Assembly (NCBI GenBank): GCA_964505335.1
Contig: CAZDHV010000007.1
Location: 1 to 38,519, forward strand
DNA length: 38,519 nt
Source of the DNA: an uncultured Saprospiraceae bacterium
GTDB taxonomy: Bacteria > Bacteroidota > Bacteroidia > Chitinophagales > Saprospiraceae
Direction: 5' to 3'
Position 1 is the first letter of the stretch. The number at the start of each line of letters is the position of its first letter. Below the pieces are notes generated by a model that had not been told where the DNA came from, did not search any database, and was given only the letters and a program-made list of their open reading frames with translations. Positions 1-9,787 of the stretch are shown here, in pieces. The translations under genes were made by a program, and so were the position numbers.

Positions 1-2
1 TC

Positions 3-89
3 TATCGCCAAGCAGTTACAGCAGCAGGTACAGGATGTATGGCCGCTCTTGATGCTGAGCGCTACTTAACTGAGCAGGGGATTATATAA
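3..89 (+). CDS. trxB: Thioredoxin-disulfide reductase, C-terminal fragment (gene begins before the window)
   Basis: Frame 3 reads YRQAVTAAGTGCMAALDAERYLTEQGII*, the characteristic TrxB C-terminal motif; stop TAA at 87-89. Confidence 0.9.
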   Translation, partial: YRQAVTAAGTGCMAALDAERYLTEQGII

Positions 90-140
90 TTTCATCAATT
101 TTGTCTTAGCTATTTAAGATCATTTTACTATTTATGTGCT

Positions 141-515
141 ATGAAAAAACTGAATATCCTAGTCTTATTTATAGCCATGATCGGTCTGATCGCTTGTGGT
201 GGAGATAAGAAGGCTCCAACAACAAATAACACTGCCAAATCGAAGACAACCACTACATCTTCTGATAAAGCTGCAAGTAATGCTGGCAATCGAAAGGGTA
301 AACTTGTATACAAGCAATATTGTGTAATCTGTCATGGTGCTGATGGTAAGCTTGCTGTGAGTGGAGCTACTGATCTCTCGGCATCCACAGTTACCTTAGA
401 AGAACGCATCAACCAAATTACCAATGGTAAGGGTCTGATGACTCCATACAAGGATATATTGAGTAAAGAACAGATACAATCTGTAGCAGAATATATCGAG
501 GAGCTTAGGAAGTAA
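141..515 (+). CDS. Monoheme class I cytochrome c lipoprotein
   Basis: Lipobox LIAC, Thr/Ser/Lys-rich linker, CxxCH motif (CVICH), distal Met in GKGLMTPY. Confidence 0.9.
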   Translation: MKKLNILVLFIAMIGLIACGGDKKAPTTNNTAKSKTTTTSSDKAASNAGNRKGKLVYKQYCVICHGADGKLAVSGATDLSASTVTLEERINQITNGKGLMTPYKDILSKEQIQSVAEYIEELRK

Positions 516-517
516 GG

Positions 518-2542
518 ATGAAACTATTCTTCCTTACGTTGCTCTCGATCTTGGGTTGTCACATTTATGGTCAGGTTCATGAAGACTCAATCATTATCGA
601 AGAAGTCTTCATCTCTGTAGAGCGTCTCCCTAGTAAATTTCAATCCTCCATCAAGTCCGTCGAAACTGTTCCGATAGACTATCTGACGGTTAATTCTGCA
701 GCAATCAATGATTATGTCGAAGAGGTTCCTGGCTTGTACATCACTAATGGATTTAACTACGCTCAGGACTCAAGGATTGCAATAAGGGGATTTGGCGCCA
801 GGTCAGCATTTGGGATAAGAGGAGTAAAGCTTATTGTAGACGGTATTCCAGAGACTACACCCGATGGTCAAGGCCAACTCGACAATATCAATGTTGCAGC
901 AATCAATCAGATTGAAATATTGAAGTCAGGAGCGTCATCGCTATATGGCAACGCCTCAGGCGGAGTCATCAATATCACCACTCAACGTGAAGTCGAAGAA
1001 GAGTTTGTCAAAGCGACGGCTGCATTTGGTTCTTTTGGATTGCAGCGATATGATGTCGCCACCGGTCAGAAGCTGGGGATGGCTAATCTACTCCTTAATG
1101 CGAACTATACGGACTATACAGGTTACAGAGATAATAGTGAGTTGCAATCATTTAATCTCAATGGTAGATGGAATATTGACCTTGACAATCAACGGATAGA
1201 TGTCATCGCCAACTATACCAACTCTCCGACAGCTAATGATCCAGGAGGGATAAATCTCGAACAAGCCATTGCCGAGCCACGTTCTGCCAGAGACCAAAAT
1301 CTGACCTTTCAATCGGGCGAGGCTATAGACCATTTTAAGTTGGGCGTCAATCATGCGGTTGATCTGGGTAATAATCAGACTATAGAGAGCTATGCTTTTT
1401 TTAGTCGAAGAAATTTTGAAGGGCGGTTGCCATTTGGATTTAGTGGTTTGATAGATCTGGGTAGGACCTATTATGGAATCGGCTCTGCCTACAGAAATCA
1501 AGCCATATGGGATGCAGGCCTCAATACCTTACAACTTGGCGTGGATATAGGAATCCAAAGTGATGATAGAGACCGATTTGTCAATCTTGAAGGGGCCCGA
1601 GGAGATTTAGTTTTTTCTCAGGTAGAAGGTTTTCAGAGCTATGGTGTGTATTTGATCGATCGGGTAGAGCTCGATCGCTGGTCAATAGAGGGAGGGCTAC
1701 GGTTTGATCTCAACAGGCTAACAGTCGATGATCGCAATTTGTCCAATGGTGACAACTCAGATGATATTTCGTTGTCGAGCTTTAATCCCAATTTTGGCCT
1801 GTCCTATCGTATAGCTCCTGAAACCATAGTAAGGGCTCAGTTCTCCACTAGCTTTGAGACGCCTACTCTTAGTGAGCTGTCTGCAGATCCAGAAGGTGCA
1901 GAGGGCTTCAATGAAGACTTGGCACCTATGCGGGCTACGACTGTTGAAGTGGGCTTTAGATCAGCGATATCCAATCTGGAGATAGACTTGAGCCTATATA
2001 CTGTAAATACCACGAATGAGATCATCTCATTTGAGCTGGAACAGTTTCCCGATCGAGATTTCTTTAGGAATGCTGGTAGTACCTCAAGAAGAGGGATTGA
2101 ATTGGCTTTAGATTATGATATAGGTGAACAGATTCATGTCAAAGGTACTTATGGACATATCAGGGCACAATTTGACGAGTTTGAAGTGAATGGCTCAGAT
2201 CTAAGTGGCAATAGCCTTCCTGGGATACCGCAGAATAGATTTACACTCAGTGGTGATTGGTCTTTGGACTTCGGTTTGAATGTAGGGTTGCAGTTTTTGT
2301 CTACGGGACGCCTCTATGTCAATGACCAAAATTCCATCAGTACAGAGTCTTTTAACTTGCTCAACTTTTACAGCTCGTATGAGATACATACTTCAAAACT
2401 CACAATAGCGCCATTTATTAATGTGGCTAATCTCACAGGTACTCAATACTTTAGTAATATCAGAATCAATGCTTTTGGTTCGAGATTTTATGAGCCTGCT
2501 CCCGATCGACAGCTTGTAGGTGGGGTGACGGTCACGTTTTAA
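518..2542 (+). CDS. TonB-dependent receptor, YncD/PqqU-like
   Basis: Signal peptide; plug motif NYAQDSRIAIRGFGARSAFGIRGVKLIVDGIPETTPDGQGQ; IEILKSGASSLYGNASGGVINI; C-terminal RFYEPAPDR...VTVTF ending in Phe. Confidence 0.9.
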   Translation: MKLFFLTLLSILGCHIYGQVHEDSIIIEEVFISVERLPSKFQSSIKSVETVPIDYLTVNSAAINDYVEEVPGLYITNGFNYAQDSRIAIRGFGARSAFGIRGVKLIVDGIPETTPDGQGQLDNINVAAINQIEILKSGASSLYGNASGGVINITTQREVEEEFVKATAAFGSFGLQRYDVATGQKLGMANLLLNANYTDYTGYRDNSELQSFNLNGRWNIDLDNQRIDVIANYTNSPTANDPGGINLEQAIAEPRSARDQNLTFQSGEAIDHFKLGVNHAVDLGNNQTIESYAFFSRRNFEGRLPFGFSGLIDLGRTYYGIGSAYRNQAIWDAGLNTLQLGVDIGIQSDDRDRFVNLEGARGDLVFSQVEGFQSYGVYLIDRVELDRWSIEGGLRFDLNRLTVDDRNLSNGDNSDDISLSSFNPNFGLSYRIAPETIVRAQFSTSFETPTLSELSADPEGAEGFNEDLAPMRATTVEVGFRSAISNLEIDLSLYTVNTTNEIISFELEQFPDRDFFRNAGSTSRRGIELALDYDIGEQIHVKGTYGHIRAQFDEFEVNGSDLSGNSLPGIPQNRFTLSGDWSLDFGLNVGLQFLSTGRLYVNDQNSISTESFNLLNFYSSYEIHTSKLTIAPFINVANLTGTQYFSNIRINAFGSRFYEPAPDRQLVGGVTVTF

Positions 2543-2560
2543 CTAACTAACAGTTGTCAT

Positions 2561-3070
2561 ATGGAGTTTAAGTTTTGTCCCAAATGCCGTTCCGAAATGT
2601 CTATTGGTGACTTGGGGTACAACTATTGTCAAAGTGATGACTGCAACTTTGTCCAATATCAAAATCCTACTCCTGTTGTTGCTGCTGTTGTAGAGTATGG
2701 GCTCAACCAAGTGATTGTTGCTCACAACAGGTTATGGCCTCCAGGATGGTTTGGGCTCATCACTGGATTTCTTGAGAAGCATGAGCATCCCGATGGATGT
2801 GTAGTACGAGAGGTAAAAGAAGAGCTCGGAATAGACGCCGAGATTCAATCATTCATAGGACACTATTCGTTCAAACGGATGAATCAAATCATTATCGCCT
2901 ATCATCTCAAGGCTGATACCGCTCAAGACATCATCCTTGAAGACGAGTTGGACGAGTACAAAATTGTTCCTTTTGACAAGGCTGAATACTGGCCTGCAGG
3001 AACGGGCTACGCTCTAAGGGACTTCTTAACAGCAAGAGGTTATGAGCCAGTTCTTAAGCCTTTTTCCTAA
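2561..3070 (+). CDS. NUDIX hydrolase with N-terminal zinc ribbon (NudC-like)
   Basis: FCPKC...C-x4-C zinc ribbon, YQNPTPVVAA, Nudix box GFLEKHEHPDGCVVREVKEELG. Confidence 0.9.
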   Translation: MEFKFCPKCRSEMSIGDLGYNYCQSDDCNFVQYQNPTPVVAAVVEYGLNQVIVAHNRLWPPGWFGLITGFLEKHEHPDGCVVREVKEELGIDAEIQSFIGHYSFKRMNQIIIAYHLKADTAQDIILEDELDEYKIVPFDKAEYWPAGTGYALRDFLTARGYEPVLKPFS

Positions 3071-3672
3071 AACTTGTAGTTGAAATCAATCCAGTATTCT
3101 AAACTATTGACATCTCTAACAATTTCATCAAATGGGTATAAGATGTGTACACCATATGTCCACGGACCTAAGCCTGTTTTATAACCGGCACCAACCGCTG
3201 CGCTAAATTCATTAAATCTGAAGGTGTTGAAGCTTTGATCAAAAAGATTCAATGAGTAATAATTATATTCTCCAATCAAAAAGAACTCATTTACTATTTT
3301 TATTCGGGCTTGCGGGCCTATGCCATAACTCAACAAGTTGAGATCTGGTATGCCTCGTAAATTGAGGAAGTCATATTGAAATCTAGCATTAGCTCCGATA
3401 GAAAATCGGTCGTTAAATTCAAAACCATATGAGAATTTCGTGCTCAGTGAAAAGCCTCCGTTAAATCCGACGTTACCTAAGTGAATAGCAAGCCACTGCT
3501 CGGCAAGCTTCTCTTTTTCGACTGTTCTGCGGCGATCATCAACGGTAGACCGACTTGTGCGACTTGATGTGCGTCGGCTGCTTGTAGAACGTCTTTGTGC
3601 TTGAATATCGTCAACAATGATTAAGCTCATTAAGACGAGGATAAAGGTGTAGAACAAATTGGGCCTCCTCAT
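3067..3672 (-). CDS. Hypothetical exported protein, probable small outer-membrane beta-barrel
   Basis: Signal peptide ending IQA, Arg/Ser-rich N-terminal segment, amphipathic beta-strand pattern, C-terminal YWIDFNYKF. Confidence 0.6.
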   Translation of the reverse strand: MRRPNLFYTFILVLMSLIIVDDIQAQRRSTSSRRTSSRTSRSTVDDRRRTVEKEKLAEQWLAIHLGNVGFNGGFSLSTKFSYGFEFNDRFSIGANARFQYDFLNLRGIPDLNLLSYGIGPQARIKIVNEFFLIGEYNYYSLNLFDQSFNTFRFNEFSAAVGAGYKTGLGPWTYGVHILYPFDEIVRDVNSLEYWIDFNYKF

Positions 3673-3817
3673 ATCATTAGTTTTTTTGTGTGTACTTAGT
3701 ATTTACCATTAATAATGATAAAGTGTGTTTTAGTAATCTTTGTTTCGTTTGATTTATGATTGATTTAACAAAGATAGGTAGTGTAACTACTTTTCAGCCT
3801 ATTTTTTCGTTACAGTA

Positions 3818-6800
3818 TTGACCATGACCATATCCTGTTACATAAGACCTTGGCTAATGATATGCTGTATAGTGACGGTATTAAATCATAGTTTGTATGG
3901 GCAGTGTAGAGTGGAGACATTAAATGGATCGGACATTGTTCTTGAACCAGTAGATGAAGTCTCTTTGAGGATCTTAGTTTCAGATGCTGCAATTCCAGAC
4001 TTAGCATCGCCAGACCAAGGGGTTTGTGGTGTACGGTTAGATTTTGTGCATCAGGATATCACGGACTTAAACTTCACCCTTATTAGCCCACAAGGAGATC
4101 AAGTCATCCTCATTGGTCCAGCAACTTCTACCGGTAATAGCTTACAGATCTTCGGTGTTCCGCATGATCTATTGTTTGTCCCGAGCACCGAACCGGCTGC
4201 TCCTGATCCAGGTCTATCTGACAGATGGGATAATAGGGACCCAGATTGGGGTGACGCTACGGCTTATGCTGGAATATATTACCCATTTGGCGGAGATCTC
4301 GATGTGAATTTTGCCGCAGGGTCAGTAGAGGGTATCTGGGAATTAAGGCTTATGGATCAGTTTTTAGGTTCTGTAGATCCATCTTCTTTTAGAGGATTTG
4401 ATTTAATTTTTTGCGACGATCAGCTGACTTGTAATAGTTGTGAGTCCATCCCAGGTGAGTTTACTCAAGACTCCCTAACTGTATGTGAAGGACAGTCGGT
4501 TTCACTTCCTGCCATCTATGAGGTAGATAATTTTGAACCTCAGCAGTATGTCGATATTCCGCTGGCATTTACTGGCGACGACTTGTTTGCTATAGGCACT
4601 TTTCCTGACGTAACAGGTACTTATGAGGTGTTCATACTTAATGTATTAGCCTCGCAGGAACAAGATGTGATGGATGCGTTGATTGGCTTAACTCGGGATG
4701 AGATTTTGGATTTAGTGGATAATACAGGTGGTACGCTATGTCTGAGTAGGACTGATATGCCTTTAATCTTAACAGTATCTGGGACCAGCGCTATTACTGC
4801 GGTAATCGATGTTGAGCCCGAAGAACTATCATGTATCAATTCTACAGTAGTCTTGAGCTCTACTAACTCCACCATAAATGGTACTACTCAATTTAGTTGG
4901 ATAGATAGTTCAGGTAATGTAGTATCCCAGGCGGATTCATTAATTGTTCAGGAAGCTGGTTTTTACGGCTTGTTCGTAGATGACGGCACCTGTATGGATT
5001 CAGCTTCGGTTGAGATTGTAGATGTTACAGAAGACCTGCAATTTGATGTTACCACCACTTGTGACATTGACGGGATCATGCTGAGTTTCAGCGCGAGTTT
5101 TTTGCCGGACTCCATCATTTGGTATGATGAGAATGGAGACTTTGTAACCAGTATGGATTCCCTATTAGTTGAGGCAGATGGGATCTACGTTTTATCACTT
5201 ATAAGAGATGGTTGCAGAACTAACGATACGATTAACATAGTTATAGATAATATAAGACCAGCGCTTACAGTCATCACTGATACCATAACTTGTGTAAGCC
5301 CTGTGGCGACATTGATGATACAAGATTCCGATATAGATGTGAGATATGACTGGATGGAGAATGATGCGGTTATTGAGACAGGCCCAATACTCACCGTAAC
5401 ACAAGCTGGGGAATTTGAAGTATTTGCAATAGCTCCTAACGGTTGTGTAAGTTCAGAGATCGTAATAGTAGAAGAAGATATGGAGACGCCAACAATAGAT
5501 CTTCCTACAGACACGGTCATCAATTGTTTCAACTCTATGCTTAGCTTATCTCCAGGATTACCTCCTTCAACAGTCATTAATCAATCTATTAATGGTGGAC
5601 CTTTTACCGTTGTATCAGACATAGAAATAGATCAAGGTGGGCAATATAGCTTCAGAATCGATTTCGACAATGGATGTATGGCTGAACATGACCTCACGGT
5701 TATGGATTTGGTATCGCCACCAGAGGTGTTACCTGTCGTCATGGATACATTGACATGTATAATGGACAGTGTTGTCCTTCGCTCTACATTAGATCCTGAT
5801 TTGCACACGTTTCTGTGGGTTTCTGTTGATACCACTGATCGGCCGACGCAGGTTGTTCGGGATGCGGGGCAATTGGTTTTATTTGCGGAAAATATTGAAA
5901 CCGGATGCAATACCATTGAGGACTTTATAGTGATAAGCGATATTGATGAGCCTGAAGCGGTTATAACTGGAGATAGTATAGTGAGTTGTATGGACTCCAC
6001 TTTTACACTCACTGCTCTTGTTACAGATTCAGATGCAACAGTAATATGGACAGCGCCGAATGCTGATGTAACAGAATCAGCCACTATTACTGGTAGTCAA
6101 TTGGGAACCTATAGCTTCCAGATAATTTCTTCTAATGGTTGTCGAACAGAGGGCGTACGTGTCGTGACGGCGGATCAGAGCATTCCTACTGCTGATGTTC
6201 CTACAGAGATAGCTCTTGACTGCAACAATCCACAAATGACTTTGGAGATAGACCTTTCACTCTTTGCAGATGCTTTCTGGACTATTGGCGGAGATGTAAT
6301 AAGAGACGCACAAATTTTAGTAGATAGTGCTGGGATCATACTGTTAGATGTAGAAAACAGTAATGGTTGCTCCAACCAATATATGATTGATGTCTTGGAT
6401 AATCGGGATAGTCCAGCGATCAACATAATCAATAGGGATAGCATCTATTGTTCCCCGCAGACTTTGTTTATAAGCGCAACAGACTTGGGGCCAGGAGCGG
6501 ATATATCGTATGAGTGGTTTCTCGATGGGCAGCTGGTGTCTCAAGAAGTTGAGTTCATCAGTTCTGATTTTGGAGTCTATAGCTTATTGGCTATTGACAA
6601 CAATACAGGCTGCTTCATTGAGGGTACAGTTGAGCTACTTCTTAGTGAAGACCCCATTACAAGTGTTAGCATAGACGTTCAGGACGAATCCTGCATAGGT
6701 GACAACGATGGTGTGATTGACATCCTTATGGTCGAGGGGGGTATGGGGCCGTTCTCATTTTTCATAGGAGATATGGAGATTCAACAGACTAGTGATAATC

Positions 6801-7429
6801 TAATGCCTGATGACTATACGATCTCCATCATTGATGCTAATCAGTGCAGGGTTGACACCTCTGTTACTGTTGCACTAGGAGAGGATATATCTGTCTCGTT
6901 GCCTGCTGATCTCACTATTAACCAAGGGCAATCAGTAGACATCATGGCCGATATCGTAGGAGATTTGGCAAATGTCGAATGGTTTATAAATGGTCTGTCT
7001 GTTTCCACTGGAGTCGAAACGATCAGCACCACTATTGATAATGATCAGGATGTCGTGGTTCAATTGATCAGCGATAATGGATGTGTAGCAAGTGATACGT
7101 TATTGATCGATGCTATCATCGAATTTGAAGAAACAGAATTTTTTATCCCCAATGGATTTGTGCCATCGAGTGGGGGACCGAATAGTGTGTATTTCTTATC
7201 CCTTCCAGATGATATAATCGCCGTCGATCGCTTTGAAATATATGATAGATGGGGAAATCAAATCGTCAATGTAATTAATCCGCCAGGTAGGGAGCGTGTG
7301 GAGATCTGGAACGGCTTTTTTCAAAATGAATTAGTCAACCCCGGCGTGTTTGCCTACTTCTGCGAAGTCACCTCTGCAATAGATAATCAGAAGAGAACAT
7401 TTAGCGGTACGATTACTGTCGTTAACTGA
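3818..7429 (+). CDS. Large T9SS-secreted surface protein with type B (gliding-motility/CHU_C) C-terminal domain
   Basis: Signal peptide; P-proprotein-like N-domain (VRLDFVHQDITDLNFTLISPQG...GIWELRLMD); repeated Ig-like units (LxC...W...G.Y...NGC); SprB-like repeat (DESCIGDNDGVI...GGMGPF...YTISIIDANQC); CTD FIPNGFVP...IYDRWG...WNG...GTITVVN. The start may be the ATG at 3824. Confidence 0.85.
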   Translation: MTMTISCYIRPWLMICCIVTVLNHSLYGQCRVETLNGSDIVLEPVDEVSLRILVSDAAIPDLASPDQGVCGVRLDFVHQDITDLNFTLISPQGDQVILIGPATSTGNSLQIFGVPHDLLFVPSTEPAAPDPGLSDRWDNRDPDWGDATAYAGIYYPFGGDLDVNFAAGSVEGIWELRLMDQFLGSVDPSSFRGFDLIFCDDQLTCNSCESIPGEFTQDSLTVCEGQSVSLPAIYEVDNFEPQQYVDIPLAFTGDDLFAIGTFPDVTGTYEVFILNVLASQEQDVMDALIGLTRDEILDLVDNTGGTLCLSRTDMPLILTVSGTSAITAVIDVEPEELSCINSTVVLSSTNSTINGTTQFSWIDSSGNVVSQADSLIVQEAGFYGLFVDDGTCMDSASVEIVDVTEDLQFDVTTTCDIDGIMLSFSASFLPDSIIWYDENGDFVTSMDSLLVEADGIYVLSLIRDGCRTNDTINIVIDNIRPALTVITDTITCVSPVATLMIQDSDIDVRYDWMENDAVIETGPILTVTQAGEFEVFAIAPNGCVSSEIVIVEEDMETPTIDLPTDTVINCFNSMLSLSPGLPPSTVINQSINGGPFTVVSDIEIDQGGQYSFRIDFDNGCMAEHDLTVMDLVSPPEVLPVVMDTLTCIMDSVVLRSTLDPDLHTFLWVSVDTTDRPTQVVRDAGQLVLFAENIETGCNTIEDFIVISDIDEPEAVITGDSIVSCMDSTFTLTALVTDSDATVIWTAPNADVTESATITGSQLGTYSFQIISSNGCRTEGVRVVTADQSIPTADVPTEIALDCNNPQMTLEIDLSLFADAFWTIGGDVIRDAQILVDSAGIILLDVENSNGCSNQYMIDVLDNRDSPAINIINRDSIYCSPQTLFISATDLGPGADISYEWFLDGQLVSQEVEFISSDFGVYSLLAIDNNTGCFIEGTVELLLSEDPITSVSIDVQDESCIGDNDGVIDILMVEGGMGPFSFFIGDMEIQQTSDNLMPDDYTISIIDANQCRVDTSVTVALGEDISVSLPADLTINQGQSVDIMADIVGDLANVEWFINGLSVSTGVETISTTIDNDQDVVVQLISDNGCVASDTLLIDAIIEFEETEFFIPNGFVPSSGGPNSVYFLSLPDDIIAVDRFEIYDRWGNQIVNVINPPGRERVEIWNGFFQNELVNPGVFAYFCEVTSAIDNQKRTFSGTITVVN

Positions 7430-8165
7430 TTAAAGATATGGCAAGCTGCATTGCCTGATCTAATTGTTCTTGTCTGCTGAGATTAGTGGTGTCAATGACA
7501 TGTGCATCGGCTACCTGTATGAGAGGGGAGTCTTCTCGTGTGGAGTCTATATGGTCTCTCTTTTTAAGATTCTCCAATATCTGATCGTAGCTTTCTTTGC
7601 TCCCTTTAGTGATCATCTCCTGATATCTACGCTCTGCTCTAATCTTTGGATCCGCTGTCATAAATATCTTCAGTTCTGCATTGGGGAAGACGACACTCGA
7701 GATATCTCTACCATCCATGACGATTCCCTTGGCTTGACCCATACGTCTCTGCTGATTGACCAAGTTGTGGCGCACAGCAGATATAGTTGCCACAGGACTG
7801 ACGAGCTCAGCTACTTTAAGGCCCCTGATGTGCGCTTCTATATCATCACCGTTGAGGAATGTACGACAAGCACCATCTATCTGTTGAAAGTCTATCTCGA
7901 TATCATCAAGATGAGACTCTACCGCTTGGATATCGGTAACATCTACGTCATGTGCGATCAGATGATAGGTGACAGCACGGTACATTGCACCTGTGTCGAT
8001 ATGCTTATAAGATAGCAAGGCGGCCAGGTCTTTGCTTAGTGTGGACTTGCCGCAAGACGAGTGACCATCAATAGCAATGATGATCGGTCTATCTGTAAGA
8101 GTTTTTATATGATCGCTATATGTGTTGATCAGAAGAGTAATCCCAATGGGGACATTAGTATTCAT
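7422..8165 (-). CDS. cmk: (d)CMP kinase
   Basis: IIAIDGHSSCGKST P-loop, IDTGAMYRAV, VMDGRDI, RDHIDSTREDSPL. Start uncertain: the nearest in-frame ATG is at 8165. Confidence 0.95.
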   Translation of the reverse strand: MNTNVPIGITLLINTYSDHIKTLTDRPIIIAIDGHSSCGKSTLSKDLAALLSYKHIDTGAMYRAVTYHLIAHDVDVTDIQAVESHLDDIEIDFQQIDGACRTFLNGDDIEAHIRGLKVAELVSPVATISAVRHNLVNQQRRMGQAKGIVMDGRDISSVVFPNAELKIFMTADPKIRAERRYQEMITKGSKESYDQILENLKKRDHIDSTREDSPLIQVADAHVIDTTNLSRQEQLDQAMQLAISLIS

Positions 8166-8376
8166 CCTCATTGAATAAGAAATCATCCTTGCGAGGATAG
8201 TCAGGCCAGATATCTTCTATGTTTTCATAGGTTTCCTCCTCCTCCTCGAGTTGATTGAGGTTCTCAATCACTTCAAGAGGTGCGCCAGAGCGCACTGCAT
8301 AATCTATGAGCTCATCACGTGTTGCCGGCCATGGGGCGTCTTCAAGGTGATGTGCGAGTTCTAAAGTCCAATACAT
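8155..8376 (-). CDS. DUF2795 domain-containing protein
   Basis: MYWTLELA...DAPWPATRDELIDYAVRSGAPLEVIENL...IWPDYP...FLFNEDEY, the highly conserved ~73-aa Bacteroidota protein. Confidence 0.9.
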   Translation of the reverse strand: MYWTLELAHHLEDAPWPATRDELIDYAVRSGAPLEVIENLNQLEEEEETYENIEDIWPDYPRKDDFLFNEDEY

Positions 8377-8458
8377 TTTATTCTACTACTGTTGTAATTA
8401 ATATTATTGACTCTACATATTGAGTGCCAGAATGGTTCCGAAAACCCTCAATTTGCCA

Positions 8459-8466
8459 CAAAATTA
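8459..8466 (-). promoter_or_regulatory. Putative Bacteroidota sigma-70 -7 element for DUF2795-cmk
   Basis: Minus strand reads TAATTTTG (TAnnTTTG consensus), ~80 bp upstream of the ATG at 8376. Confidence 0.55.
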
Positions 8467-8481
8467 ATCGAATTTCTGTCT

Positions 8482-8509
8482 TATAAAAGTCGATCTGATT
8501 ATATCGACT
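8482..8509 (-). terminator. Possible weak intrinsic terminator after queA
   Basis: AGTCGAT-8nt-ATCGACT stem overlapping the queA stop, followed by TTTATA on the minus strand. Confidence 0.35.
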
Positions 8510-9572
8510 ATAAGATTAGCATGGCATCACCATAGCTAAAGAATCTATACTTCTCCTTCACTGCTTCTTCATAAGCCGCCATAGTAAGATCTATTCCCGC
8601 AAAAGCTGCGATCATAATGATCAAACTTGATTTTGGCAAGTGCAAGTTAGTAATCATGCAGTCTGCGATGCTAAACTCATGCGGAGGGAATATGAACTTG
8701 TTGGTCCATCCTTCAGCCATCTTGAGATTAGATGTAGCACTAACTGCAGATTCGATAGATCTCATTGCTGTTGTCCCAACTGCACAAACTTTCTTATTAG
8801 TAGCTTTCGACTTATTCACAATGTCGACTGCTTGTTGATTAATCTTAAAGTATTCTGCGTCCATCTTATGCTTAGACAGATCCTCTACGTCGATACTTCT
8901 GAATGTACCTAATCCGATATGTAAGGTAAGCTCAGCAAAGTCGATTCCTTTAATCTCTAATTTTTTCATGAGCTCTCGACTGAAGTGTAATCCCGCAGTA
9001 GGCGCAGCAACAGCTCCAGTCTCCTTAGCATAGATAGTCTGATACCGCTCTATGTCTATTGGTTCAACTTCTCTCTTAATATATTTAGGCAGTGGCACCT
9101 GGCCTAACTCATCGAGGATTCCTTGAAATTCTTCTGTAGTGCCGTCAAAATAGAATCTGATCGTACGTCCGCGACTCGTGGTATTATCAACAACCTCTGC
9201 TACCAATCTATCTTCTCCAGCCGCATTCTTGAAGAAGAGCTTGTTGCCAACTCTGATCTTACGGGCTGGGTCTACGAGTACATCCCATAGCCTGCTTTCA
9301 GTATTCAACTCTCTCAATAAGAACACCTCAATATTGGCTTCTGTCTTTTCTTTGATGCCAAATAGTCTGGCAGGGAACACCTTAGTATTATTAAATATGA
9401 AAGTGTCTCCTTCGTCGAAATAGTCGATGACATCCTTGAAGATCTTATGTTCAATCTTACCCGTATCACGGTGAACGACCATGAGTCTGGACTCATCTCT
9501 TTCCTTGGTTGGATATTCGGCTACTAATCCTTCGGGTAATTCAAAGTCAAACTGAGATAACTTAGCTTTCAT
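8508..9572 (-). CDS. queA: S-adenosylmethionine:tRNA ribosyltransferase-isomerase
   Basis: [75 protein letters not shown]. Confidence 0.98.
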   Translation of the reverse strand: MKAKLSQFDFELPEGLVAEYPTKERDESRLMVVHRDTGKIEHKIFKDVIDYFDEGDTFIFNNTKVFPARLFGIKEKTEANIEVFLLRELNTESRLWDVLVDPARKIRVGNKLFFKNAAGEDRLVAEVVDNTTSRGRTIRFYFDGTTEEFQGILDELGQVPLPKYIKREVEPIDIERYQTIYAKETGAVAAPTAGLHFSRELMKKLEIKGIDFAELTLHIGLGTFRSIDVEDLSKHKMDAEYFKINQQAVDIVNKSKATNKKVCAVGTTAMRSIESAVSATSNLKMAEGWTNKFIFPPHEFSIADCMITNLHLPKSSLIIMIAAFAGIDLTMAAYEEAVKEKYRFFSYGDAMLIL

Positions 9573-9620
9573 TTAGCGTTATTTATGATGATTTGCGCAA
9601 GGCTTAATTTCAAAAGAGCG

Positions 9621-9628
9621 CAAAAATA
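9621..9628 (-). promoter_or_regulatory. Putative -7 promoter element for queA
   Basis: Minus strand TATTTTTG(CG) matches TAnnTTTG, ~50 bp upstream of the queA start. Confidence 0.6.
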
Positions 9629-9787
9629 AAAATTTAGACATTACTATAGTGTAGTGTATGCCATTAGTAGCACATAAGGTGCCAATCTCTCTGCTAACTA
9701 ATAATGTATCTAACTGTAGAATGGTTTCAATTATTGATATAACACTGATTTGTCTGTGGCTGCTTAACTATAAATTGTAGATTTGAA

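Noticed and set aside
3540-3600. Short repeats encoding RRSTSSRRTSSRTSRS
   Set aside because: This is a low-complexity protein linker, not a DNA repeat element.
7464-8015. 183-aa plus-strand ORF and other short ORFs nested in or antisense to longer genes (e.g. 5632-6084, 20294-20701, 38237-38467)
   Set aside because: They overlap well-supported genes and show no recognisable motifs.
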